This document shows, in pieces, positions 9,699 to 20,975 of a DNA stretch of 64,000 nucleotides; positions within the stretch are counted from its first letter, which is position 1; every line of letters begins with the position of its first letter. Under the pieces are notes generated by a model, which did no database searches, was not told where the DNA came from, and saw nothing but the letters and a program-made list of their open reading frames with translations. The stretch is from Candidatus Latescibacterota bacterium (GTDB lineage Bacteria; Latescibacterota; UBA2968; UBA8231), in assembly GCA_965248355.1 (NCBI GenBank), contig OZ252098.1, positions 3,200,001 through 3,264,000 on the forward strand, read 5' to 3'. The position numbers and the translations under genes were made by a program.

Positions 9699-9741
9699 GC
9701 GGCCCTGTCCCGGCCACCTCTCAGGCCCTTGCTTTGATGAG

Positions 9742-11687
9742 ATGAACGCCTGCCGGCGAACCACCCGCGGCTGTTGGCTCGGGCTCGGGCTCCTGTCCAT
9801 GCAACTCTCCCCTCCCCTCCCCCTCCACGCCCAGGACGCCGTGATCGACTTCGCCCTCTCCCGCATAGATTCGGGCGAGGTGTGGGTCAGTCCCTACTTC
9901 GGGTACAACGGCCCCAAGCTGGTCTTCGACGGCGACGACTTCTACGCCGTGGGCATGTGGGGGCTGGATCCGGCCACCGCCGCCGGCGTCGTCTACCGCG
10001 GCGGCGAGGAGGGCTGGGAGCGGTTCTACGACTGGGGCACCCACGACTACCAGCCGGGCCTGGTGCTGCTCGACAGCGAGCGGCGGCTGGTGCTCGTCCA
10101 CCCCCGCCTCCTCGACGGCCCCCGCATCCTCCACCAGCAGCACCGCGGCGACCCGGACAGCTTCGAGGAGGTGCCCCTGCCCGAGGGGCTGGCCAAGGCG
10201 GGCTACCTCGGCGCCGCCATGGACGGCGACCGCCTGATCCTCGGGTACATCGCCGACCCGGCCACGTATTCCTTCCTCGTCGCCTGGGTCGATCTCGATA
10301 CCGGCGAGTGGGGCGGTCCGCACCTGCTGGCCCGGGAGCAGCGCTCCGAGGAGCCTTACACCACGTGGCTCTACCCCGTGATCCGGCCCGACGGCGACGG
10401 CTTCCACCTCGTGGTCAGCAACAACGCCGACCTCAGCTCCTACTACAACCGCATCAACTACCTCTACGTGCCCTACGCCGATCCGCTCTCGGCCGTGGTC
10501 GAGGTGGTGGCCGACGTCGATCCCTGGACGCAGAACATCGCCTATGGGGAGGCCATGTGGAAGGCGGCCGACGGGGCCCTGTACGTCACCGGCCAGCACG
10601 AGCCCGAGGGCGGCAACAACCGGCTGGTGGTCTACCGGCGGGACCCCGGGACGCAGCAGTGGGAGGAGGCGGTCATCGGGGGGGCGGCGGTGGCCGCGGT
10701 CTACGAGGCCCCGTCGAGGCCCGGGGAGTTGTGGATGACCGTCACCCACGGCAGCGCCCTGCAGTTGTTCCGAGGCGAAGACGGGGGCCGCAGTTGGGCG
10801 AGGGCCGACCTGGCCAGCTTCGACGGCCACGGTCTGCTCAACACCTGGTTCCTCTACGGGATGTCGCCGGCCAGCGGCAGCCTGCTGCCCGAGGAGCCCT
10901 GCGCGGTGTTCAGCAGCGGGCCCCATCCGAACCTGGAGCTGTGGTTCGTGCGCTTCCGCACCGCGCCGCCCACGGCGGTCGGCGGCCTGGCGGAGGCCCG
11001 CCCGCAGGCGAGCCGGTTGGCGCCGGCCTATCCGAACCCCTTCAACGCCGAGGCGGTGCTCCCCTTCGAGATCGGCCGCGAGGCGCGGGTGGACCTGCGC
11101 GTTCACGTGCTCGGACGTCCCCTGGCGGCGCTAGTGTCCCGTCCGAGAATTAAGAAGAATCAACAAGGGCTGTCCGATGTCGCCGCCACCGTCTCCCGAG
11201 CGCGCTGGATCTTGCGCAGGATGGTCTCGCCGTCGGCCTTCCAGCGGTAGGGTTTGGGGGCCAAGTTCCGCTGCGCCAAGTAGGCTTCGATGTCGCGCAC
11301 CAACTCCCCGACGCTGGCAAAGCTGCCGTCCCGAATCACATCCTGCGTCAGCTCGCCGAAGAACCGTTCGACCAAGTTCATCCAGGAGGAACTATCCGAA
11401 CCCGGCTTCACGACGCCGAGGCGGTCGCTCCCCTTCGAGATCGGCCGCGAGCGCGGCGGGTGGACCTGGGCGCGTTCAGCGACGGCTGCTCGGACGTCCC
11501 CTGGCGGCGCTGGTCGGCGGGCGGATGGCTTGATGTCCCGATCCGGTGCACGCTGTCCGGCGGGCGCTACCAGGCGCGCTGGGACGGGACCCTGGCCGAC
11601 GGCAGGAGTCTCGGCAGCGGCGTCTACATCCTGCGGCTGCGCGTCGGCGGCGACAGCCACACCCGCAAGGTGATGATCCTGCGGTGA
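9742..11687 (+). pseudogene. Secreted protein (BNR/Asp-box-like) with a YPNPFN/FlgD-Ig C-terminal sorting domain, interrupted by an IS630 fragment and a duplication
   Basis: Signal peptide, Asp-box-like GEDGGRSW, AYPNPFN at about 11030. The tail WDGTLADGRSLGSGVYILRL...RKVMILR* lies after the IS fragment. Confidence 0.75.
11134..11393 (-). mobile_element. 260-bp right-end fragment of the IS630 element at 34449-35619
   Basis: Reverse complement of 35360-35619, including the terminal inverted repeat. Flanked by CTAG/TA at 11131-11134. Confidence 0.92.
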
Positions 11688-11802
11688 CGGAGCTACCAGG
11701 CGCGCTGGGAATGGCCGACGGCAGGAGTCTCGGCAGCGGCGTCTTCATCCTGCGGCTGCGCGTCGGCGGCGACATCGCAAGGTGATGATCCTGCGGTGAC
11801 GG
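11393..11802 (+). repeat. Indel-rich duplications of the sorting-domain coding sequence
   Basis: 11393-11511 repeats 11029-11132 with many indels. 11693-11802 repeats about 11566-11690. Confidence 0.85.
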
Positions 11803-11803
11803 C

Positions 11804-12759
11804 ATGACACCGGAATCCACGACCGCGTCACGGAGATGATCGGCGGCACCCCGCTGATCCGGCTGCGCCACCTGTCGCCCGAGGGCGGGGCGACGATCCT
11901 CGGCAAGATGGAGTACCTCAACCCCGGCGGCAGCGTCAAGGACCGCATCGCCCTGAGCATGGTGCGCGACGCCGAGTCCCGCGGCGTGCTCAAGCCGCAC
12001 ACGACGATCGTGGAGGCCACCAGCGGCAACACCGGCATCGGCCTGGCCATGCTCTGCGCCGGGCTCGGCTACCGCCTGATCCTGACCATGCCGGAGACCA
12101 TGAGCTTCGAGCGGCGGGCGCTGGTGACCCGCTACGGCGCCGAGGTGGTGCTCACGCCGGGGGACGAGGACATGGCCGGGGCCGTGCGCCGCGCCGGAGA
12201 GATCATCGCCCGCAACCCGAACTGCCTGGAGTTGCGCCAGTTCGAGAACCCGGCCAACCCGGAGGTCCACCGGCGCACCACCGGCCCCGAGATCCTGGAG
12301 GCCACGGGCGGGCGGATCGCCGCCTTCGTCACCGGTGTCGGCACTGGCGGCACGATCACCGGCGCCGGCCAGGTGCTCAAGGACACCATCGAGGGAATCG
12401 AGATCGTCGCCGTCGAGCCGGCGGCCTCGGCGGTGCTCTCCGGCGGCAAGGCCGGACCCCACGCCATCGAGGGGATCGGCGCCGGCTTCGTGCCCTCCAT
12501 CCTGAACCTCGAGGTCATCGACCGCGTCCTCACCGTGGAGGACCGCGACGCCTTCGACATGACCGAGGCCCTGGCGAGGCGCGAGTCGCTCCTGGTCGGC
12601 ATCTCCTCGGGGGCCAACGTCGTCGCCGCCCGGCAGGTCGCCGAGCAGCTGACCCCCGAGGCCGTGGTGGTCACCGTCCTGTGCGACACGGGCACCCGGT
12701 ACTTCTCCGTGGCCGAGTACTTCCGCGACCGGGAGGCTCAGGGCGACGGCTGGCTCTGA
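11804..12759 (+). CDS. cysK: Cysteine synthase A
   Basis: NPGGSVKDR, EATSGNTG, GVGTGGT, GISSGA. The conserved IHDRVTEMIG lies upstream of the 11836 ATG, and the probable ATG at 11804 is out of frame. Confidence 0.93.
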
Positions 12760-12774
12760 GGAGGCGCGGCAGGC

Positions 12775-13911
12775 ATGCAACGCACGGAGAGAGCCTTCGA
12801 GAGCCGCTTCCGGCGGCGGCTGGCGCAGTGGCACCGGGGCCACCCGGTCCCCGGCGCCCTGGTCTGCGGCGTCATCGCCTGGCTCGCCTTCGAGCTGAGC
12901 GACCTGCCCTGGCCGCCCTTCACCCTCGCCGGCGGGCAGCACCCCCTGAGCCCGGTGCTGCTGGCCCTGCTTCTCGGCATGGCCCTGCGCAACCTGGTGC
13001 CGGCCACGGCCGGCCTGAAGCCCGGCGCCGACTTCGTCATCCGCCGGGTGCTGCTCCTCGGCATCGTCCTGCTCGGGGCCAGTCTCGACTTCCACAACCT
13101 GGTCCGCATCGGCCTCGGCGTGGTCGTCGGCGTCGTCGTCCTGATCGTGCTCGTCGTCCTGCTGGCCCGGGCCCTCGCCCCCCGCTTCGGCCTGGGGAGC
13201 AAGCCGGCCCTGCTGCTCGGCCTCGGCACCGCCATCTGCGGCACCTCGGCCATCGTCGCCGCGGCGCCGGTGCTGGAGTGCGAGGAGCAGGACGTGGCCG
13301 TGTCGGTGGCCACCGTGAACCTGCTCGGGGTGATGGCCATGCTCGCCTTCCCCGCCCTGGCCGCCCTGCTGGCCCTGTCCCCGGAGATCTACGGCCTCTG
13401 GTGCGGGCTGGCCATCCACGCCACGCCCCAGGTGCTGGCCGCAGGGTTCGCCCACCCCGCGGACGGCCAGACGGCGGGCGAGGTGGCCACCATCGTCAAG
13501 CTCGTGCGGATCTCGATGCTGGGGCCGGCGGTGCTCGTCATCGGCGCGCTCTACGCCCGCCACCGCCGCCGCCAGACGGCCTACGTGGGCCGGCGGGTCG
13601 ACTACGCGGGTCTGGTGCCGGGCTTCCTGCTGCTGTTCCTGCTCGCCGCCTTCCTGCGCACCACGGGATTCCTGCCCGATGTCACCTTCCACATGACCGA
13701 CCGGTTCCTGTTCGGCGAGGGGGACCGCACCTGGAACCTGGCGCAGGTGGCCGCCGGGACGGCGAAGTGGCTGATCACGGCGGCCATGGCCGGCGTCGGC
13801 CTGATGACGCAGCTGCGCTCCCTGGCCGCCGGCGGCGTCCGGCCCTTCGGCCTGGGGCTGGCCTGCAGCCTGGTCCTGGCGGTGCTCGGACTCGCCTACG
13901 CCGCGGTCTGA
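12775..13911 (+). CDS. YeiH/UPF0324 (putative sulfate exporter family) membrane protein
   Basis: GTAICGTSAIVA, VKLVRI and AMAGVGL motifs; many transmembrane helices. Confidence 0.9.
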   Translation: MQRTERAFESRFRRRLAQWHRGHPVPGALVCGVIAWLAFELSDLPWPPFTLAGGQHPLSPVLLALLLGMALRNLVPATAGLKPGADFVIRRVLLLGIVLLGASLDFHNLVRIGLGVVVGVVVLIVLVVLLARALAPRFGLGSKPALLLGLGTAICGTSAIVAAAPVLECEEQDVAVSVATVNLLGVMAMLAFPALAALLALSPEIYGLWCGLAIHATPQVLAAGFAHPADGQTAGEVATIVKLVRISMLGPAVLVIGALYARHRRRQTAYVGRRVDYAGLVPGFLLLFLLAAFLRTTGFLPDVTFHMTDRFLFGEGDRTWNLAQVAAGTAKWLITAAMAGVGLMTQLRSLAAGGVRPFGLGLACSLVLAVLGLAYAAV

Positions 13912-13930
13912 GCGGCGGCGCGCCCCCTCC

Positions 13931-14515
13931 TCACTCCTCCGGCCGGCGCGGCGACAGCTCCCGGGCCGCGGCGAGCAGCACCTCCCGGCCCAGCCGCACC
14001 TGGTACCGCGGATTCACGTACTGGAACCGGATCCGGCGCTCGGTATCCACGAGGAACAATGCGGGCACGGGCAGCCCCGGCCGGCCGTCGGGCCGGAAGG
14101 CGACCCCGTAGGCGTGGGCCAGCTCCAGCTCCGGGTCGGAGAGCAGGGGAAAGCGCACGCCCCAGCTCTGCGCGGTCCGCGCCAGCTCCTCCGGCGGATC
14201 GATGCACACGGCGACGATCTGGAAGCCCAGGTCGCGCAACGCCTCTGAATCTGCTTGCAGTTGAACCAACTGCCGGCGGCAGTGCGGTCACCAGTGGGCG
14301 CGGTAGAAGACCAGGACCGTGGGACCGGCCTCCAGGGCCTCTCCCAGGTCGAACTCCCCGCCGGCGGCATCGGGCAGTACCCCGCCCGGCGCCGCACTGC
14401 CGATGAGGAGCGGCCGGATCTGGTCGGGCGCCTGCGGGATCGGCTCCGCGTCGGCGCCGGCCAGGCAGGCCGTCAACAGGACGGCCCCTAAGGGGATCGA
14501 CGATCTGGGTCGCAT
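13931..14515 (-). CDS. Exported AhpC/TSA (peroxiredoxin-like) selenoprotein with UxxC motif, 194 aa
   Basis: ORFs 14288-14515 and 13931-14269 are in one frame, joined by TGA at 14290-14288: VLVFYRAHW-U-PHCRRQL...FPLLSDP...PVPALFLVD. A SECIS hairpin follows. Confidence 0.88.
14251..14282 (-). promoter_or_regulatory. Bacterial SECIS element
   Basis: After the UGA: CUGC-CGCCG-GCAGUUG-GUU-CAACUGC-AA-GCAG. Perfect 7-bp upper stem, apical loop starting with G about 21 nt after the UGA, 4-bp lower stem. Confidence 0.8.
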
Positions 14516-14648
14516 GGAGGTTCACCTGTCTCGGGAGGGTGGACGAGAGTCGGCGCGAATATAGCTGCAGGGGGTCCGCATGGCACCGTCAGGGACCTTC
14601 CCGTAGATTCCCGCCGTCAAGCCACGCACCCACGTCAGGAGCGAGACG

Positions 14649-15461
14649 ATGACGGCGGCCACCCTTCCAGCGGAAGAGAAACGGACCTTCTTCGAGGAGC
14701 AGGGCTACCTGGTCCTCGAGGGGCTCCTCGACGAGACCGAGGTGGCGGCGTGCGCCGCGGAGATCGACCGCCTGCACACCCTCGCCGCCGAGCTCCCGGA
14801 GGACGAGCTCCGCCGCCGCAGCTTCCAGCTGGAGCCCTACGCGGCCGCCGGGGCGGGCGGCGGGCGGCCCGTGCTGCGCAAGATCGAGAAGACCCGGCAG
14901 CACTCCGCCGTCTTCCGCGACCTGTCCGCCCATCCGGGGCTGCTCGAGACCATCCGCATGCTTCTCGGGGACGACCTGCTCCTGTTCCGCAGCACCCTGA
15001 TGCTCAAACCCGCCCATCACGGCTCCGCCCACGGCCTCCACCAGGACTCGCCCTACTGGCCCATGGAACCGCCGGCGCTGGTCACGGTGAGCATCGCCCT
15101 CACCGACAGCTCTCCCGAGAACGGCTGCATCCAGGTGATCCCCGGCAGCCACAAGTGGGGGATGCAGAAGTGGGGGCACATCGCCCGCGAACGGGACCAG
15201 CCCCTCACCGACCGCCCGGACGTCGACCTGGGCCAGTGCCGGGAAGTCCCCCTGAAGGCGGGCAGCGCCCTGCTCTTCCACAGCCTGGTCGTGCACGGCT
15301 CGGGCCCCAACCACAGCCCGCACCCGCGGCACACGGCGCTCTACGCCTACTTCCCGCCCACGGTGCGCTACCGGCCGGCCGAGGGCAAGCCCCCGCAGAT
15401 GACCTTCCCCGTCGTCCACGGGCTCGGAGGCCGCGCCGAGCTGACCCTGACCGCCGACTGA
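14649..15461 (+). CDS. Phytanoyl-CoA dioxygenase (PhyH) family Fe/2OG enzyme
   Basis: HQD, NGC..VIPGSH and HGSGPN.S..R motifs. Confidence 0.92.
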   Translation: MTAATLPAEEKRTFFEEQGYLVLEGLLDETEVAACAAEIDRLHTLAAELPEDELRRRSFQLEPYAAAGAGGGRPVLRKIEKTRQHSAVFRDLSAHPGLLETIRMLLGDDLLLFRSTLMLKPAHHGSAHGLHQDSPYWPMEPPALVTVSIALTDSSPENGCIQVIPGSHKWGMQKWGHIARERDQPLTDRPDVDLGQCREVPLKAGSALLFHSLVVHGSGPNHSPHPRHTALYAYFPPTVRYRPAEGKPPQMTFPVVHGLGGRAELTLTAD

Positions 15462-15480
15462 GCCGCCGACGGCCCGACCG

Positions 15481-16302
15481 ATGAAGCTGATCGTCTTCTC
15501 GAAGATGCTCGCCGAGCGCAGCGTGCAGGAGCTGGGCGACCTCGCCGGCCGGCTCGGCATCGACGGGTACGATCTCGCCGTGCGGCCCGGCCACCCGGTG
15601 AATCCCGACAACGTCTCGGAGGCCCTGCCGGCGGCGGCCGACAGCCTGCGGCGGCGGGGATTCGACATCCCCCTGATCACCGCCGACACCGGCCTCGTCG
15701 ACCCCGCCGCTCCCGGGGCCGAGCCCCTGCTCAAGGCCATGGCAGCCGCGGGAGTGCCGCGCGTGAAGCTCGGCTATTTCAAGCTCGATCCCGCCGCCGA
15801 CTACTGGGAGGCCGTCGCCGCCTGCCGCGACCAGCTGTCCCGCTGGGGCGAGCTGGCCGCCGCCCACGGCGTGCAGGTCGTCTACCACACGCACTCCAAC
15901 CGCTGCCTGGGGCTGAACGCCGGTATGCTCGCCCACCTGCTGCGCGGTCTCGACCCGGCCCGCGTCGGCGCCTACCTCGACACGGGCCACCTCGCGGGCG
16001 AGGGCGAGGAGTTCCCCGTGGCCCTGGCCATCCACCGGGAGCACCTGTCGGCGGTGGCGCTGAAGGACTTCCTGCTGCGCCGCGAGCAGCGCCACGGGCA
16101 CGGCCTCAAGGTGCGCGACGTGGTGGAAGCCGGCCAGGGGATGGTCGACTTCACCACCGTCTTCGAGAGCCTGCGCGACAACGGCTACCGCGGCCCGGCG
16201 TCCATTCACTGCGAGTTCCACCTCCCCGGGGGAGGGTTCGGCGCGGCGGCGGCGCGGGAGGCCGCGTTCTTCGTCGCCCTGCGCCGGCGCATCTTCGGGT
16301 AG
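15481..16302 (+). CDS. Sugar phosphate isomerase/epimerase (xylose isomerase-like TIM barrel)
   Basis: DLAVRPG, YHTHS, DTGH, ALKD, GMVDF, SIHCE. Confidence 0.85.
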   Translation: MKLIVFSKMLAERSVQELGDLAGRLGIDGYDLAVRPGHPVNPDNVSEALPAAADSLRRRGFDIPLITADTGLVDPAAPGAEPLLKAMAAAGVPRVKLGYFKLDPAADYWEAVAACRDQLSRWGELAAAHGVQVVYHTHSNRCLGLNAGMLAHLLRGLDPARVGAYLDTGHLAGEGEEFPVALAIHREHLSAVALKDFLLRREQRHGHGLKVRDVVEAGQGMVDFTTVFESLRDNGYRGPASIHCEFHLPGGGFGAAAAREAAFFVALRRRIFG

Positions 16303-16320
16303 CCGGGGCCGGAGACCGAT

Positions 16321-17076
16321 TTGCTCCCCCGCCGGCGTTTCACCCTGCTGATCATCCCCGAGGAGGGCGGACGTACCTACGAGTACAAGATCCCCCGCCT
16401 CTACTTGTGGGTCCTGGCGGTCATCGCCGTCGGCGTGCTGGGCTTCCTCGCCGTGGGCCTGCGCGCCTGGCACGAAGCCGGCTACTTGGCGGGGCGGGTG
16501 GAGCGGCTGGAGCGGGACAAGGCGATTCTCGTCGAGGAGGTGGCCTCCATCGACGCGCTCGAGGAAATCCTGCGGGGAGTGAAGGTCCGCAACGATCAGC
16601 TGCGCATGCTCACGGCGGAGGCCTTCGGCCTTCGGGGACCCGAAGCCGAGGACGAGCCGGGGCCGGGGGAGCGGGAGAGCTTCATCTCCCTGACCCATCG
16701 CCTCCGCTACGGAACTCTGAGCTCGGTGCCGACCCTCAAGCCGGTGCGCAGCTCCGCCTGGAGCCCCTCGGACGGCGGCCTGTTGCTCGAAGCTCCGGGC
16801 GGCTCTCTGGTGCGGGCCAGCGCCGCGGGCCGGGTGGACCACACCCGGTTCGACCCCGCGGCGCGGTGGTTCGAGCTGAGTCTCGACCACGGCCACGGCC
16901 TGTGGACGACCTACGCCGGGATCGGCGCGACGACCGTCGAGGACGGGGATTTCGTGCACAAGGGCCAACCCCTCGGTCTCACCGCGCGGTCCCGGGGCCC
17001 GACCCCCGGGCTGCGCTTCACCATCATCGAGAACGGCCTGGAGAGCACCGCCTCCTATCGCCGGTTCTGGCTCTAG
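16321..17076 (+). CDS. Membrane-anchored coiled-coil protein with a degenerate M23/LytM domain
   Basis: TM helix, coiled coil, VRASAAGRV, DHGHGLWTTY and V.KGQPLG. The Zn ligands are not evident. Confidence 0.75.
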   Translation: MLPRRRFTLLIIPEEGGRTYEYKIPRLYLWVLAVIAVGVLGFLAVGLRAWHEAGYLAGRVERLERDKAILVEEVASIDALEEILRGVKVRNDQLRMLTAEAFGLRGPEAEDEPGPGERESFISLTHRLRYGTLSSVPTLKPVRSSAWSPSDGGLLLEAPGGSLVRASAAGRVDHTRFDPAARWFELSLDHGHGLWTTYAGIGATTVEDGDFVHKGQPLGLTARSRGPTPGLRFTIIENGLESTASYRRFWL

Positions 17077-17120
17077 AGGCCGCGGCCGGCCGCGGCCGAT
17101 GGGTGGTTGCGCCGGCAATA

Positions 17121-17160
17121 GCAGAAGGGGTCCACCGAACCTCCGGTGGACCCCTTCTGC
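17121..17160. terminator. Bidirectional hairpin terminator between convergent genes
   Basis: Perfect 17-bp stem GCAGAAGGGGTCCACCG / CGGTGGACCCCTTCTGC. Confidence 0.85.
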
Positions 17161-17195
17161 GCTGATTCCTGCGGTGCCTGCGGAGCGGCGCGCTC

Positions 17196-18833
<1,638 letters not shown>

Positions 18834-18869
18834 CTAAAGGATTGAAAGGGATATACTTAGAAAGGGTTG

Positions 18870-18896
18870 GTAGCACTCCCTTTGCGAGACTGCTAC
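18870..18896. promoter_or_regulatory. CIRCE operator (HrcA binding site)
   Basis: GTAGCACTC-N9-GACTGCTAC against the consensus TTAGCACTC-N9-GAGTGCTAA, about 50 bp upstream of groEL. Confidence 0.85.
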
Positions 18897-19107
18897 CCGT
18901 CGTTTACCAGTCAGAAAAGATATCGATGGCAGATGAAACACGCAAGCTGGGCGTGCGACCCGTGTTCCCGTCAGGCGCCGGCGCCCAGCCGCGGCACCCG
19001 GGTGGATCGGCGGCGGCTCCGCGTTTGCCGGGAACGCTCCCGGAGGCTATCTTGCAAGGCTGCGTCAATACTCGTTCCTTCAGGTAAAACAACAACTTAG
19101 GCTGGGT

Positions 19108-20478
19108 ATGCTGGATCTGCTCAACATCGCGCGCACGGAGGCTGCCGGCGGAGACCTCCACGGGATGCTGGAGGACCTGTTCGAGCCCAGCGACGTGCGC
19201 CCCGAGGGCTATCCCGAAGCCGTCATCTGGCAGGGCGGCAACCACGACGGCGGGGTGAACCCCGTGGCCCACTCCCTCACCGATGCATACGCCCTGCTCG
19301 GCACGCTGGCCGCCCTCGACGTCCTCGGACTGCCGTACTACGCTGTTCCCATGTGGGCCCAGTACCGCCACGACCTCGAGCTGGCGCCCCTGGCCTGGTT
19401 CGGCAACATGCCGTGCACGTCGATCAAGTGGTCGACGGCCGGCGACGCCTACGTCAACGACGGCCGGGGCGGCCGGGTCGTGGTCAGGGGCAAGTCGGGC
19501 AACGCCCAGCTGCGCACCCTGGCCGGGGTCTACTGCAACGTGCGCCCCTACGGAACGATCACCGTCGTGCGCTGCATGCCCTGCCTGCCGTACTCGCAGG
19601 ACCGCGCCCGGTTCGCCGTCGACGGCGGCAGCGGCGTCATCCACTCGGAGATGAACACCCCGGGGATCCAGATGGCCTACGCCAACCGCCGCTTCCTGCA
19701 GATGGTGCACGAGACCGGCCGGCTGGGGCGGGTCGCCTTCAAGCCGACCCAGGCCATGGAGGACGGCATCAACGCCGGCCTGCTGTCGTGGCTGCTGCGG
19801 GACACGCGCTTCGAGGTGGGGCGCAGGTACGCCGTCGACGGCTACGTGGAGCACCGCGAGCACGTGGACCGCATCGTCTCCCTGCTCCCGGCGGACTTCA
19901 AGGCCGGCATGGAGGGCTGGGGCGGCCGCATCGAGCAGCACATCGCCGACACCAGCTACGGACTGCTGCTGTGGGACCTGATCGACAAGCAGGAGGTCAT
20001 CGTCCTGGCCACCGACCTCGACGGCGACCGTCTCACCGACCTGCTGGCCGACGTCTCCGACCCCCTGCGCCACTTCGGCCAGCTCGTGGTCGACCACGTC
20101 GGCGCCGGGGCGAGGATGGACGACCTCTGGGGCCGGATGGGCTACACCACCGGCAACGGACGCGACATGACCTCGGTCATGTACCGCATGAGCGGCCCCC
20201 CGATCCACGAGCAGACCCTGGGCTCGGCCGACGCCATGCTCAGGCGGCTCCTCGACGGCGACGAGTCCATGGGCGGCACCAAGCGGCCCTACGACCCGCG
20301 CATCCACTTCGTCCTGATCCGCGACGCCTGTCTCGACGCCAATCCCGGCCACACGGAACTGCGGCAATGGCTCGACCGCGCCATGGACGCCTTCGACGAG
20401 GTCTACGGAGGCACGCGGCCCGGGTTCCTCGAGGGCTACCGGCACCTGAAAGAGGCCGTCACTCCCTGGGGGGCCTGA
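19108..20478 (+). CDS. Divergent isocitrate/isopropylmalate dehydrogenase-family protein
   Basis: SGNAQLR...YCNVRP, VVR, FKP, HIAD and [11 protein letters not shown] correspond in order to the IDH/IPMDH substrate and metal motifs. Confidence 0.6.
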   Translation: MLDLLNIARTEAAGGDLHGMLEDLFEPSDVRPEGYPEAVIWQGGNHDGGVNPVAHSLTDAYALLGTLAALDVLGLPYYAVPMWAQYRHDLELAPLAWFGNMPCTSIKWSTAGDAYVNDGRGGRVVVRGKSGNAQLRTLAGVYCNVRPYGTITVVRCMPCLPYSQDRARFAVDGGSGVIHSEMNTPGIQMAYANRRFLQMVHETGRLGRVAFKPTQAMEDGINAGLLSWLLRDTRFEVGRRYAVDGYVEHREHVDRIVSLLPADFKAGMEGWGGRIEQHIADTSYGLLLWDLIDKQEVIVLATDLDGDRLTDLLADVSDPLRHFGQLVVDHVGAGARMDDLWGRMGYTTGNGRDMTSVMYRMSGPPIHEQTLGSADAMLRRLLDGDESMGGTKRPYDPRIHFVLIRDACLDANPGHTELRQWLDRAMDAFDEVYGGTRPGFLEGYRHLKEAVTPWGA

Positions 20479-20479
20479 G

Positions 20480-20962
20480 GTGTCCGATCCCGGCGCCGGC
20501 CGCCTGACCCATCTCGACGAGTCGGGCCGCGTGAAGATGGTGGACGTCTCGGACAAGCCGGTGAGCGAGCGCTCGGCCCGCGCCGGAGGCCGCATCCGCA
20601 TGCGCCCGGAGACGGTGCGGCGCATCACCGCCGGGGAGGTGGCCAAGGGCCATGTCCTGGAGACGGCGCGCATCGCCGGAATCCAGGCCGCCAAGAAGAC
20701 GGCGGACCTGATCCCCCTCTGCCACCCCCTCAACCTGACCGCCGTCGACGTGGAGTTCACCCTCGGCGAGGACCGCATCGAGGTGGAGACCCGTGCGCGC
20801 CTGGCGGACCGCACGGGGGTGGAGATGGAGGCCCTCACCGCCGCGGCGGTGGCCCTGCTGACGATCTACGACATGTGCAAGGGCGTCGATCGCGGCATGG
20901 TGATCGACGAGGTGCGCCTGCTGGAAAAGCGCGGCGGCGCCAGCGGCGAGTACGCGCGCTAG
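20480..20962 (+). CDS. moaC: Cyclic pyranopterin monophosphate synthase
   Basis: [32 protein letters not shown]. Confidence 0.97.
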   Translation: MSDPGAGRLTHLDESGRVKMVDVSDKPVSERSARAGGRIRMRPETVRRITAGEVAKGHVLETARIAGIQAAKKTADLIPLCHPLNLTAVDVEFTLGEDRIEVETRARLADRTGVEMEALTAAAVALLTIYDMCKGVDRGMVIDEVRLLEKRGGASGEYAR

Positions 20963-20975
20963 CCGTCCCGGTCCT

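Noticed and set aside
14288..14515. Nonsense pseudogene, or two separate small ORFs
   Set aside because: The TGA falls exactly on the catalytic Cys position and is followed by a SECIS-like hairpin.
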